Notes: generated by a model not told the origin, from the letters alone. A stretch of DNA of 63,568 nucleotides, filler included, from Octopus bimaculoides (GCF_001194135.2; 8 parts of 8 records of this genome joined end to end with filler, not necessarily neighbours in it); one strand, 5' to 3'. Positions 48,930-62,394 are shown, counted from the whole stretch's first letter. A program made the numbers and translations.

Positions 48930-49133
48930 ACCATTAATCCCTACACATTTTTTTCTCTACCTGTTTTTCTGTTTTTCATTCTCTTTCCATTTGATTCCTC
49001 TCAACCCTTTCTGTCAAAGTGCATGGGCTTGAAATGTCAAAGACTTTTCCATTCTTCCTGAGTGTCAAACTAATACACCTGCTTGTTATTCCCTCACCTG
49101 TCTTCAACTTTTGTGTTCTGTAAATTTGAATTA
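48930..49133 (+). mobile_element. Short repeat with hammerhead-like motif, copy 2 (CpG-decayed; motif at 49007-49042)
   Basis: CTTT-CTGTCAA-A-GTGC-ATGG-GCTT-GAA-ATGT-C-AAAG-ACTTTTCCATTCTTCCTGAGTGTCAAACTAATACACC is homologous to 2781-2969. Confidence 0.7.
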
Positions 49134-50605
49134 NNNNNNNNNNNNNNNNNNNNNNNNNNNNNNNNNNNNNNNNNNNNNNNNNNNNNNNNNNNNNNNNNNN
49201 NNNNNNNNNNNNNNNNNNNNNNNNNNNNNNNNNNNNNNNNNNNNNNNNNNNNNNNNNNNNNNNNNNNNNNNNNNNNNNNNNNNNNNNNNNNNNNNNNNNN
49301 NNNNNNNNNNNNNNNNNNNNNNNNNNNNNNNNNNNNNNNNNNNNNNNNNNNNNNNNNNNNNNNNNNNNNNNNNNNNNNNNNNNNNNNNNNNNNNNNNNNN
49401 NNNNNNNNNNNNNNNNNNNNNNNNNNNNNNNNNNNNNNNNNNNNNNNNNNNNNNNNNNNNNNNNNNNNNNNNNNNNNNNNNNNNNNNNNNNNNNNNNNNN
49501 NNNNNNNNNNNNNNNNNNNNNNNNNNNNNNNNNNNNNNNNNNNNNNNNNNNNNNNNNNNNNNNNNNNNNNNNNNNNNNNNNNNNNNNNNNNNNNNNNNNN
49601 NNNNNNNNNNNNNNNNNNNNNNNNNNNNNNNNNNNNNNNNNNNNNNNNNNNNNNATAGATACATATATATATTATATATATCGAAACGCTTAGTTTTAGA
49701 ATGGTGGCAGCTGATGAAGGAAATGTTCTCTATGTGGCCTGTGTGTTTTCTGTACTCCGTTTATCATTTTGTCCACGTTTTTTTTTTTGCAATGTCCTGT
49801 ACCCAGATATGCATCTATATATACATGTAGATGTAGGTATGTACATATATGTACGTATATATGCATATACTCATATATTATTTGTATTATATATATAGCT
49901 ATAATTGTTATTTTCATGCTTAACAACCTCCTATAAATGGAGACATAAATATTTGTAGCATTTAATTTTCTTTTTAAATACTTTATCAAATCAAATATTC
50001 TCTGTTGGCCTGCATGGAGCCTCCCTTGACAATTGTGGTTGATGGTGTTTTGAGAATATGCAAAAATATATCGCACACACACACACACACATGTACACAC
50101 ACATATTGTAGTGTGAAGGAGTGGTATATTTGTCTATTTATTTATCGATGAATAATAATTTACTTGAAACAACTTCTTACATCTCTAATTTTGGATTTGG
50201 CTTTCCAGTCCAATATTATTTGTCTTTGAAGTGAAAAAACTTTTGGCTCCTCAGAGAACAGAACTAATTTATTCAGAAGGAAACAAAAACAACACTCCAC
50301 CACACACACACACACAACACTCACATTCACATACACACGCATGCACATACATACCACCACCACTACCTCTTCCAGTACCATCATACTACCATTACCACCA
50401 CCACTACCAACAACACCACTACCACCGCCATCACTACTAGCACTATCACCATCACTACCACCACCATCTCAACCATTACCACCACCACTACCATCATCCC
50501 ATGACAGATATCTTTTGGTATTTTGGGGGTTTATTTTATTTTGTTTTATTTTACATTTATTTTTGTCTCCCTCTTTTTGCTCTGTTCCCGTTCTGTAAGA
50601 TTGGA

Positions 50606-50637
<32 letters not shown>

Positions 50638-51518
50638 CGGGGGGGAAAAAAAGGACCAAACAAAAGTGTTTCCTTACTTTTACTTCCACCATGCCTACCT
50701 CTGTGGAAAGATCTTCTTCACCAAAATAGAAGCATTATTTCTGGACAATAATAATAATAATAACAATAATAATTTATCATCATTAGTTACTCCCATTCAC
50801 CACCACCACCTACTTCATCACCATCACCACCATCACCACTACCAACAACCCCCACCCCACCCCCTGAATGTTTTCTTTCTCTGATATCTTTTGTCTTTGT
50901 TACTTAAAGAGAATGGAGTCGGTGGGTGGGTGTGGAGGGAGGGGAGGAGCAGTATCCTTTATCTCTGATATTAACAATATTATCCGAAATTGTTTGGCGC
51001 CAGCAGACAAGGCAAACAATGATTATTTCTTTAAATTTATTGTGTATCGGTGTAAGACTTAGTGATCAGCTTCTTGTGTTCTTAACTCCTGCTTCACCGA
51101 GATAGATGTAGACAACAGTTAGCCCGACTATAAAACATGACATAATTATCACAAAGTAAACCAATTTTACCGGCTTCCTGAAACTTGCGGACCCTCTAGT
51201 GTTTCTAAATTGTCTCATAATAAGTAAATGTCCAGTTTTATAGCACCACCACCTCCATTACACCCACTGCCATCTCTCATTTCTCCATTAGTCTGTTATA
51301 AACCTACATCTCATAGTTTTATAGTTTCTCTCAAAAACGTTAGTCATTATATTTGATATTAGTGTGTATGTGTGTGTGTGTGCTGTTTATCTTTTATCAT
51401 CATCAGACGACTTATCCCTGGATATCTACCTTGTACCTAACTAGATTAGAACTCGAAGCATTTATCTCTAAGCTAAAGATTTAGAAGGGAGTGTCTATAC
51501 AACACTGGGGTCTGTGAA

Positions 51519-51549
<31 letters not shown>

Positions 51550-51590
51550 CAGTGATCCCTCAATGAAAATCCGCAAAGTAGAAACAGTAC

Positions 51591-51796
51591 TCTTTTACTT
51601 GTTTCAGTCATTTGACTGCGGCCATGCTGGAGCACCGCCTTTAGTCGAGCAAATCGACCCCAGGACTTATTCTTTGTAAGCCTAGTACTTATTCTATCGG
51701 TCTCTTTTGCCGAACCACTAAGTTACAAGGATGTAAACACACCACCATCGGTTGTCAAGCGATGTTGGGGGGACAAACACAGACACACATACATAT

Positions 51797-51841
<45 letters not shown>

Positions 51842-52013
51842 CATATATACGACAGGCTTCTTTCAGTTTCTGACTACCAAATCCACTCACAAGGCTTTGG
51901 TCGGCTTGAGGCTATAGTAGAAGACACTTACCCAAGGTGCCACACAGTGGGAATGAACCCGGAACTATGTGGTTGGTAAGCAAGCTACTTACCACACAGC
52001 CACTCCTGCGCCT
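51591..52013 (-). mobile_element. SINE family A, young full-length copy
   Basis: Very similar to 37118-37537. The differences are largely CpG transitions. Confidence 0.9.
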
Positions 52014-54170
52014 ATCCACACAACAACTCCTGTACCTATATATGTACTATATATAGTACTGTATATTTTTTTTAATTATCTTTATAATATGTATATATTT
52101 ATTTTATTATAAATGCAAAAACACCACCACAGACAAATTGACATAATGAACCAAACTCGCTCGAATGTCTTTTCACATACCACTGGCACAAGTGTCAAAA
52201 TCATACATATTACACAGATACACTCACACACACACACACATCTATCAAGGACAGTACTTCACACGAAGCCATTGAGAAAGAGCCTCTATATAGTCAATTA
52301 GCCTCCTAGAAAGAGCAGCTGAGTTGTCTTTCAAACCTCTCCACTGTCTTAAAAAAGGAAGGGGACTCACTGCCACTGTCCTCTGTCCTCTGTCAGAAAA
52401 GGCATCTATGGGAGAAGGGTACTGATGACAACAGGGAGAATGGGGGGGGGCGAGTCAAGAGCTGTCCACAAAGAAATCATTGAGAATAAGAACAAATATG
52501 GAGGTGTGCATGAACGTGTAGGTGTGTGTGTGAGTCTTTGATGACATTACTATGTATATGTCTCAGTATGTATGTAACACTACTGTCTCTGTATTGTAAC
52601 TCTACTGATGTATGTGTTTGTAATACTGTGTATATGTGCAGTACCGATACCATACGAGAGGTGTAGTGACTAACACAACGTATCTCCCTGTGATGTGTTG
52701 TTAGGCCTGTGTTTGTGTGTCTGTAGTCAGGTGTATAGATTTACTGTCAGTCTATGTTTTGGTAGGTGTTACTGTTTGATACGATATTGGTGGGCCCTCG
52801 TCGTGTATGGAGTATTATTTTTCCAGTGTATATGAAGAACAATGAAGATGTCAACCTCATCCAGCCGTCAGTAAAGTCACTCCCACTCAGAATCTTGTTC
52901 CACAAAAGCGTTTATTGATGTACAATAAATCTTAAATTCTGCCTCATTTCTCTGTTAAACAGGGGAGGTAACTCAAATATTTTACTAAGTTGTTTCCCTT
53001 GCCAACCTACCATATTTCCTAATTTGTAATTTCGCCATAATCACCACCATTAATACTTCATGTTCCTGAGTTGTGTGCAATCCCCGCCCCCCGTTTTTTT
53101 TTAAAGACTTATTCATTGTTCACTTCCTGTACGTATTCTATGTACTGTTCATGCAGTTTTGGTTACTTTTTCTGTTGAGTTACAGTGCATCTGAGCNNNN
53201 NNNNNNNNNNNNNNNNNNNNNNNNNNNNNNNNNNNNNNNNNNNNNNNNNNNNNNNNNNNNNNNNNNNNNNNNNNNNNNNNNNNNNNNNNNNNNNNNNNNN
53301 NNNNNNNNNNNNNNNNNNNNNNNNNNNNNNNNNNNNNNNNNNNNNNNNNNNNNNNNNNNNNNNNNNNNNNNNNNNNNNNNNNNNNNNNNNNNNNNNNNNN
53401 NNNNNNNNNNNNNNNNNNNNNNNNNNNNNNNNNNNNNNNNNNNNNNNNNNNNNNNNNNNNNNNNNNNNNNNNNNNNNNNNNNNNNNNNNNNNNNNNNNNN
53501 NNNNNNNNNNNNNNNNNNNNNNNNNNNNNNNNNNNNNNNNNNNNNNNNNNNNNNNNNNNNNNNNNNNNNNNNNNNNNNNNNNNNNNNNNNNNNNNNNNNN
53601 NNNNNNNNNNNNNNNNNNNNNNNNNNNNNNNNNNNNNNNNNNNNNNNNNNNNNNNNNNNNNNNNNNNNNNNNNNNNNNNNNNNNNNNNNNNNNNNNNNNN
53701 NNNNNNNNNNNNNNNNNNNNNNNNNNNNNNNNNNNNNNNNNNNNNNNNNNNNNNNNNNNNNNNNNNNNNNNNNNNNNNNNNNNNNNNNNNNNNNNNNNNN
53801 NNNNNNNNNNNNNNNNNNNNNNNNNNNNNNNNNNNNNNNNNNNNNNNNNNNNNNNNNNNNNNNNNNNNNNNNNNNNNNNNNNNNNNNNNNNNNNNNNNNN
53901 NNNNNNNNNNNNNNNNNNNNNNNNNNNNNNNNNNNNNNNNNNNNNNNNNNNNNNNNNNNNNNNNNNNNNNNNNNNNNNNNNNNNNNNNACCACGCTTGAA
54001 TGTTGTTTTTCAGGTGCCACCAGCAATATTTCTACCTAATTAACTAAGTTTTGATGATTCATTTAACTGGAGTTGTTATGATAGAAATAGAAAGATTTGG
54101 GAAATTTTATTTTTACAAGAAATCATAGACTTGCTTCTATGAGTAAATTAATTTCTTTTTTTCAAACATC

Positions 54171-54199
<29 letters not shown>

Positions 54200-54201
<2 letters not shown>

Positions 54202-54355
54202 GCCATCCAGTACTCAACTGATACTTATTTTATCAACCCCCAAAAAGAACAAAAGATAAGGTCAACCTCAGCAGAATTTAAACTAAGAACATAAAGACGG
54301 ATAAAATGCCGCTAACCATTTTGCCCGGTGTACTAACAATACTGTCAGCTTGCTG
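54200..54355 (-). mobile_element. SINE family B, CpG-decayed
   Basis: GGTCAACCTCAGCAGAATTTAAACTAAGAAC..AATGCCGCTAACCATTTTGCCCGGTGTACTAACAATACTGTCAGCTTGCTGCC. Confidence 0.75.
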
Positions 54356-54934
54356 CCTTCTTTTCAAATCTTATCAAGACATATTGATATCAGCTACATT
54401 CCTTGATTCGGATAAAACCTTACTGCAGGCAAGATTACATTATTCTCTGTCTATACAACTCATATTGAAAGGTGAACCACATTTAATTTTACATCTACAC
54501 CATGTTCCAGTTAGTTTGATCTCTGCTTGTTATCAAGTGTTATATCACTGGATGTATACATAGCACCGTGAAAACCTTCCATTTTCATACTAAGGTTTGT
54601 ATAGCGAATAAAATTACTAGCCATTGTTTTAGAGGTAAAAGTTTCTTCCTTCAAATTCAGTTTGACAGTCCATCCATGCACATCAATGACTACGATATTT
54701 GATGACAGAGATCTACAGACATAAATCAAAATGTGACATAGATGTAAATTTATGTTGATCATCTTAAAAAGTTGAGGTGAAAAGTCCCGTAGAATATAAT
54801 CTTCTAAGAAAACAACTCGTCTCAGACATTTAATTATTGGTGACATTTATATATTCAGTGCCATTATATATTCTGAGTTTTTCAGCAGATGGTAGAAGAA
54901 AGCAATCCTAAAATTGTTTGTCTTTTATTTTCAG

Positions 54935-55099
54935 GGTGGCAAAGAGCATGGCGTACCAATTCTGATATCCGAGATACATCCTGGGCAACCTGCTGAGCGA
55001 TGTGAAGGTTTGTACGTTGGTGACGCCATCTTGTCTGTAAATGGAGATGATTTAAGAAATGTGAAGCATTCCGATGCCGTTCAGATTTTGTCTCAACAG
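54935..55099 (+). CDS. GOPC: GOPC internal exon: PDZ domain core
   Basis: TTTTATTTTCAG acceptor, 165 nt in phase 0, donor GTAAGA. Encodes [55 protein letters not shown] versus human [55 protein letters not shown]. Confidence 0.95.
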
Positions 55100-55213
55100 G
55101 TAAGAACCTTAGAAATTGTACAAAGTTCTTTCAAACCTATAATCAAATATATACACAATTTAAAACTATTTCAATAAAACAACTAACTATATATTTATAT
55201 CAGTGTGTGTGTA

Positions 55214-55278
<65 letters not shown>

Positions 55279-55522
55279 ATGTATGTATGTATATATATGT
55301 ATGTATGTATGTATGTGTGTGTATATATATACATATATNNNNNNNNNNNNNNNNNNNNNNNNNNNNNNNNNNNNNNNNNNNNTTAATTAATTAANNNNNN
55401 NNNNNNNNNNNNNNNNNNNNNNNNNNNNNNNNNNNNNNGGGGCAAAGGGGTAAAGGAGTAAAAGGAAAAAGAATAGAGAGGAAAAAGTAAGAAATACACA
55501 CATTCATCACACAGACACCCCC

Positions 55523-55570
<48 letters not shown>

Positions 55571-55786
55571 GCAGCAACAACTACTACTCCTAATACTACA
55601 TCATGTCTTGGTGATAAAGTAACACCAGGCAGCAGAGAAGTTTTCTGATCGTTTAAAGAAACTTAATGTCAACGGTGCGAAGATAAAACCAAAATATTGG
55701 TCTGCAATAAAGAATGAAACAGCCTTGCTTGTCTGTATTACACCACCAAAAATACTACCACCACTACCACCACCACCAAGAACAAG

Positions 55787-55818
<32 letters not shown>

Positions 55819-55904
55819 CCATAATAATAACAATAAACTAGAAACAGAAGTGACCACTGTAATAGTAAAACAGACACAAACCGACACAAATGAAATGTCA
55901 GAGC

Positions 55905-56370
55905 TGCAAAATACATGGCAAATACCCTATAAGGGCCAACGATCCTGATATGAATACAAATATAACTTGTCAATGGTTGACTGCATCTGGACTTAAATCA
56001 GTAATAGAGGGTTTCATTATAACAACTCAGGATCAGCGTCTGCCCACCAGAAACTACCAAGAAAGCATTCTTAAAAATGGTGCTAATCCTGCATGCTGCC
56101 TTTGTGGTGCAACCAGAGAAACAATTGATCCCCAAACCTGTGGATGCTCTATGCTGGCTTCAAATGAATAGATTAATCACTCCGATACACTTGGCTGGTA
56201 TGTGTACGAGATCATATGCTGTAAGTCTGGGCTTCCATATATAAAGAACTGGTGGAAACATTAACTTGTCAAAGTAGTAGAAAGTAAAGATATTACCATT
56301 CGTTGGTACTTTAGTACCCAAACCGATTGTGCTATTTAGACCAACAGACCAGATATTGTGATAAAAATAA
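55905..56370 (+). mobile_element. R4/Dong-clade LINE C-terminal fragment (second subfamily)
   Basis: HGKYP..QWLTASGLKSVIEGFIITTQDQRLPTRNY..CCLCGATRETID..GCSMLA..KNWWKH..TNRPDIVI. Confidence 0.8.
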
Positions 56371-58077
56371 CTTTGCTCATAGAAATAACCGCCAAATCTC
56401 TTTAAATGAAACAGCTATTGTCTTCATCAAGGAAGGACAAACTGGATAATGCCGTGATTATAGCTGGGATGCCTTTGCTAATAGCTCTGATCGACCAAGG
56501 TTGATTAGATACTAAACAACTACAGCAACAACAAAATCAACAACATATACATACATACATGCATACATACATACATACATATATACATACATACATACAT
56601 ACATACATATCTTCGAGGATTCATCATCTAAAATTTATCAATATAAACCATTTCCTAATCTATCAGTTATTACAACATATTTAATTTATTATGGCATTAT
56701 TGATATTTTCCTTAAAGTTTCTATTGACTTGAAAGGAGTTACTTTAAAAAATAATAATAATATTATTTCCTTCACTATATATGTATTTTGCGCCGGTGTA
56801 TTTGTATCTCTGAGTATAGCTGAGACATATGTTTAATTAAGTTACTATGTTAAGTTAAACCTTAATTGGTTGTCAAAAACAAACATTGAAACCAACAACC
56901 ATTGAAGTTAGTTTTAATTATTAAACAATTTATTCAAAAACACATCAAATGCACAATCTAGTATGGTCTTGTGAAATTTAAAAATTACTACAGAAATGGT
57001 ATTCCATAGTCGAATTTTGAGGTCATCGTTATTTTGAGATATTTCAGTTGATGATTGAAAAAATTCCACAGTTGAAGGCTAGCAACGAATTCTTGAACTG
57101 TGTCAGTGACACAGATTGTAAATAAGTATAATTTTGAATGGTTCAGTCTGGCTGGCTGCTACAAGGAACGAAGGAGAGGTCTTTAACAATCAAATGGTTC
57201 CGTCGACTTACAAAGCAGTAGAAAATATCATCACCATATCGCCGCCGCCACCACCACCATAATAACATTATCAATAACAACAAAGTAACGATTAAAGCAA
57301 CAAAATGCANNNNNNNNNNAAAAAAAAAAAAAAAAGGAAAAAATCCCCACTAATATCTCCTCCTCATACTTTTCCGGATGATGTAGTCCTAGATACACTT
57401 ATACTGAAAAAACATAAAGAAAGATGTTCAGGAATTAAACACCTTTCGTCATAGTTCTGCCTTGTTTGAGTGGACGTGCGCCTAAGTAACAACAACGCTT
57501 ACATATCATGATGCATAAAGGAAAGGCCTATTTTTATAAAGATTCGTAAGCAATATTTCATTGGTTTACTGAGCTATGAAAGAGGGAAAAGCAGTTCGAT
57601 TGACCAACCAAATAACCACTGAATTCTTCCTCTGTTTCAGAGTCAGGAATAATTTCTGTGCTTCTTCGGCATCTGAAAATTGGTAATACTCTTTCAGATA
57701 ATTCTTTTTACAACATCCAGCAACACTGGCTCGGGAACGAAGTTTGTTTAGGGGATGCAAACTCAGACACAAATTTTTGTTTTTTACAAACGTCTCATTG
57801 GTTCGTTTTTATTCATTTTCGTCCTATGAGAAGAAACCTAACTTCAAGCTACTTTTTACAGGTCACTTTTTACGCACTATTTTATAAACATGAAAAAAGT
57901 TTGGGTTCAAATTTTTATTTTGCACTCCACAAAAATTTTTGGAGGTACGCTTGCAATCCCTACACCCCCTGTTCCTGGGGCCATGTCCAGAAATTGACCG
58001 AACTTAAAAAACCTTCTCCACATTCACTAAAGGCGTAAAGTTGCCGGGTTACGTGGGATGACGTATTTCTTACTTGG

Positions 58078-58190
58078 TTGAAAGGCGAAGTCGGCCTCGG
58101 CTGAATTTGAACTCAGAACCTAATGAGCCGGAAGAAATATCGCAAAATATTTAGTTCAATATACTAACGATTTTGTCAGCTTGCCACTTT
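58078..58190 (-). mobile_element. SINE family B head and core
   Basis: GAAAGGCGAAGTCGGCCTCGGCTGAATTTGAACTCAGAAC..CTAACGATTTTGTCAGCTTGCC. Confidence 0.75.
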
Positions 58191-61100
58191 AATGGCTTCA
58201 AATTTTGGCACAAGACCAGTGATTTTGAAGGGAGGGTGCTTGTCGATATATACCTATGCTCTGTATATGCATGTGAATATATTTTATAAAATAGCGCTTA
58301 CGTCATGGCGTGTGCTCGGTTAAGTGATTTCACATTTATAAACATATACAATTTTACATACACGCANNNNNNNNNNNNNNNNNNNNNNNNNNNNNNNNNN
58401 NNNNNNNNNNTTAATTAATTAANNNNNNNNNNNNNNNNNNNNNNNNNNNNNNNNNNNNNNNNNNNNTTAAAATTGGACAGCAAGATACGTCGTCCTTGAA
58501 ATTGTTGCTGGGGGAAATAGATTGTGTGATTTCTACGAATTTTATATTTTTCAATATTATTTTATGGTCTTCGTCTTGTAGTTGTACTTGTTCTTATTCA
58601 GGCGTTTTTCGACCACATTTTTTTTGTTATTTATTCATGTCTTTACTTTCATTTTCAGTGACTTACTGTATTTTGTTTTCATTTCTTCTCAGCAGTTTTA
58701 TATTGAATATGTCAGATGCAATATTGCAATCATGCTGTAATTGACATAGAAGACGTTTTCCGTATACACCATCATATTCGTGTATATATTTGTCGTTTTA
58801 TGTTTGAAGTGATGCATTGAAATTATACGATCCCATTTCTTTTTACATTTGTCTTAATGTTCTGCTGTTATGTAGAAGGTGATGGAATGTGACGTGTTTC
58901 AATAGCGCAATGCGATTTATTTGTCACCAAAATAGACAAAATCAAATGGATTAATGTGTTTCTGACTTTAAAAAAATGGTTTTAAGAAATTTCATTTGTT
59001 TCTCTGCTCAATAAATATATTATCATGAAGCATATTGTTTTATGCTTTCTTGTATTTTCTTATGTTTCCATGTAAATTTCTCATATATATANNNNNNNNN
59101 NNNNNNNNNNNNNNNNNNNNNNNNNNNNNNNNNNNNNNNNNNNNNNNNNNNNNNNNNNNNNNNNNNNNNNNNNNNNNNNNNNNNNNNNNNNNNNNNNNNN
59201 NNNNNNNNNNNNNNNNNNNNNNNNNNNNNNNNNNNNNNNNNNNNNNNNNNNNNNNNNNNNNNNNNNNNNNNNNNNNNNNNNNNNNNNNNNNNNNNNNNNN
59301 NNNNNNNNNNNNNNNNNNNNNNNNNNNNNNNNNNNNNNNNNNNNNNNNNNNNNNNNNNNNNNNNNNNNNNNNNNNNNNNNNNNNNNNNNNNNNNNNNNNN
59401 NNNNNNNNNNNNNNNNNNNNNNNNNNNNNNNNNNNNNNNNNNNNNNNNNNNNNNNNNNNNNNNNNNNNNNNNNNNNNNNNNNNNNNNNNNNNNNNNNNNN
59501 NNNNNNNNNNNNNNNNNNNNNNNNNNNNNNNNNNNNNNNNNNNNNNNNNNNNNNNNNNNNNNNNNNNNNNNNNNNNNNNNNNNNNNNNNNNNNNNNNNNN
59601 NNNNNNNNNNNNNNNNNNNNNNNNNNNNNNNNNNNNNNNNNNNNNNNNNNNNNNNNNNNNNNNNNNNNNNNNNNNNNNNNNNNNNNNNNNNNNNNNNNNN
59701 NNNNNNNNNNNNNNNNNNNNNNNNNNNNNNNNNNNNNNNNNNNNNNNNNNNNNNNNNNNNNNNNNNNNNNNNNNNNNNNNNNAATATATTTACATAGATA
59801 CTTGTATACACAGAAACACACACACTTAAATGTATTCATAGACTTAGAAAGACACAGAATAACTTGAGAGAAAGAGAAAGAGAGACGCCATACTGAAACA
59901 TGTATGTATTCTTTTCATTTAATACCTAAACATACACCAAAGCATTCCCGCATATGTACATGCACATTTGCATACACTCCTCAATATCTGTAAATTCATA
60001 TATTTCCACATATACATTATCTTTATACATATGTCTATAATAGCCACTGAGACGTGTGTATATATTTGTATATGCACGTTTGATTTCTTAATATATTTGT
60101 AAGCTCAAAAGAGACATTAATTTCGCGTATATTCAATAATATAACATTGTGTCATGTATAGACCGGTATCAAAAAAAATTATTGAAATTACCAACAGAGA
60201 AATGCACTTTAATGTATAATCTTTTCAATTTACATAAATGTCTGGAACATTTTAGTAGAGCAAGAACAACGGAAGGGTATTGGTTATCAGCTAAACTGCA
60301 GAAGTATAAGAAATGAACATAAAGAAACACTGGGATATAAAAATAATAAATACATACTAGCAATTTATATTCATGAGACGTTTTTTCAATGACTGATATA
60401 AGCTTTTCCTATTAAATTAAAATTGTGGTGGGATTCTCCACGAAATTATTTCTTTCTGTTTTTGTGTGAAGCATTTTTTACAACGTATTTTTATAACACA
60501 ATTTTCGTGCAACTAATACAATAACACACCTACACCTGAAAGTTTTGTTTGTTGCTCTAGTACGTTCATTTGGATCTTACATCGCTGTATCGAGCTGATG
60601 CGGTAATATGGTTAATGACATCATTAGTAAGCTATTATCTGTCCGATTGATTCCATCCAGACAAGCTCCTTTATATAACTCTGTGCCATCTTCAAAGGAA
60701 TAGAGCAGTAAAATATACGCTTGAAAAAGAGGACGACTATATGTTAGAAGTAATTGTGAAACAACTTTGATGGATTACTCATTCTGTGAGGGCTGACATC
60801 ATAATGATATTCATTTGTGTTCTAATAGATGGTAGATTAATTCCTGTATACACAGATTCGAAATGTATAGAGAGGAACGGAGATAAATTCTATTCCATGT
60901 CATTCTGTAATCAAAAAATCCACGAATGAAAGTAAAATTTATTCTTCTCAGACACTCATTTCTCACCTTTTCTTGTCTCTTTCATTTCTTGACAGAGAAT
61001 TCTGTCTGCTTCCAATACTCATAGGTACTTCAACAGTCACCCTTATTCATGACTCAGAAACTGCGCGCATTCTCTCCTGGTGACCCCATACAACACTTGC

Positions 61101-61389
61101 TGGCTTCCGGTAAGCAGAGTTCTCGACTGGTAGCACTTGCATGTGCGAGTTGTTGGCAAGACATGTATACATACAAAGCACGCACACACATAAGCACACA
61201 CCTATATNNNNNNNNNNNNNNNNNNNNNNNNNNNNNNNNNNNNNNNNNNNNTTAATTAATTAANNNNNNNNNNNNNNNNNNNNNNNNNNNNNNNNNNNNN
61301 NNNNNNNATATATATATATATGTACATATATATATATATGAGTAAATATAAATACATAAAAAGGGTTTTGTATGATCGTGTATAGAGGA

Positions 61390-61957
61390 ATATATTATTT
61401 TATTTAAAAGAGTTCCAACTCTGTCTGTTTTTTATGTTTTTTTATTTATATCCTTGTAAAATTTATGTGGGATATAGAATATGGAATATATAATATATAA
61501 TATTAAAAAAATGGATGGTACAATGAAATGAAGTATTGAATGTCTTATTGAATATATGGAATATGTCTTATTGTATATATGAAATATTGAATGTTCAATA
61601 TAAAGGATTAAATATATAAATCTATAAAGGCGAATACGTATATTCTATACCTTGTCGTATTTCATCATGGCCGGTATGACAGACTGTAACAGACTGGTTT
61701 AGAAAATACGTATTCGCCTTTATATATTTATATATTTAATTCTTTATATTGAACACTCAATATTTCATATATTCAATAAGACATATTCCATATATTCAAT
61801 AAGACATTCAATACTTCATTTCATTGTACCATCCATCTTTTTTTAGATTATATATTATATATTCCATATTCGATATCCCACATAAATTTTACAAGAATAT
61901 AAATAAAAAACATAAAAAATAGACAGAGTTGGAACTCTTTAAAAGAAAATAATATAT
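61390..61957. mobile_element. Foldback/MITE-like element: about 258-bp inverted arms and a 52-bp spacer
   Basis: 61390-61647 is the near-perfect reverse complement of 61700-61957 (e.g. AAAGAGTTCCAACTCTGTCT / AGACAGAGTTGGAACTCTTT and AAAGGCGAATACGTA / TACGTATTCGCCTTT). Confidence 0.9.
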
Positions 61958-62394
61958 GTATATATATATATATATATGGAAAATAAGACAAGGTAGAAAA
62001 TGCTAAAATAATTTTATCACGAAGAACATTTTAGTACCAGTTTCAGTCATTGAAAAATATGAAAAACAATTAAATTGTGGAAAAATTCAATGAACTCTTT
62101 CTTTAAAAAATTATATTNNNNNNNNNNNNNNNNNNNNNNNNNNNNNNNNNNNNNNNNNNNNNNNNNNNNNNNNNNNNNNNNNNNNNNNNNNNNNNNNNNN
62201 NNNNNNNNNNNNNNNNNNNNNNNNNNNNNNNNNNNNNNNNNNNNNNNNNNNNNNNNNNNNNNNNNNNNNNNNNNNNNNNNNNNNNNNNNNNNNNNNNNNN
62301 NNNNNNNNNNNNNNNNNNNNNNNNNNNNNNNNNNNNNNNNNNNNNNNNNNNNNNNNNNNNNNNNNNNNNNNNNNNNNNNNNNNNNNNNNNNNNN

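Noticed and set aside
57360-57990. Possible DNA transposon remnant (ORF 57566-57772; DSETEEEFSGY; GC-rich end)
   Set aside because: No diagnostic transposase motif or paired TIR could be established by eye.
58502-58522. LLLGEID peptide identical to a stretch of the human GOPC N-terminus
   Set aside because: The flanking residues (FDKAFVDVD, PDQ) are absent, it lies downstream of the PDZ exons, and no exon structure fits. Treated as coincidence; TBLASTN would settle it.
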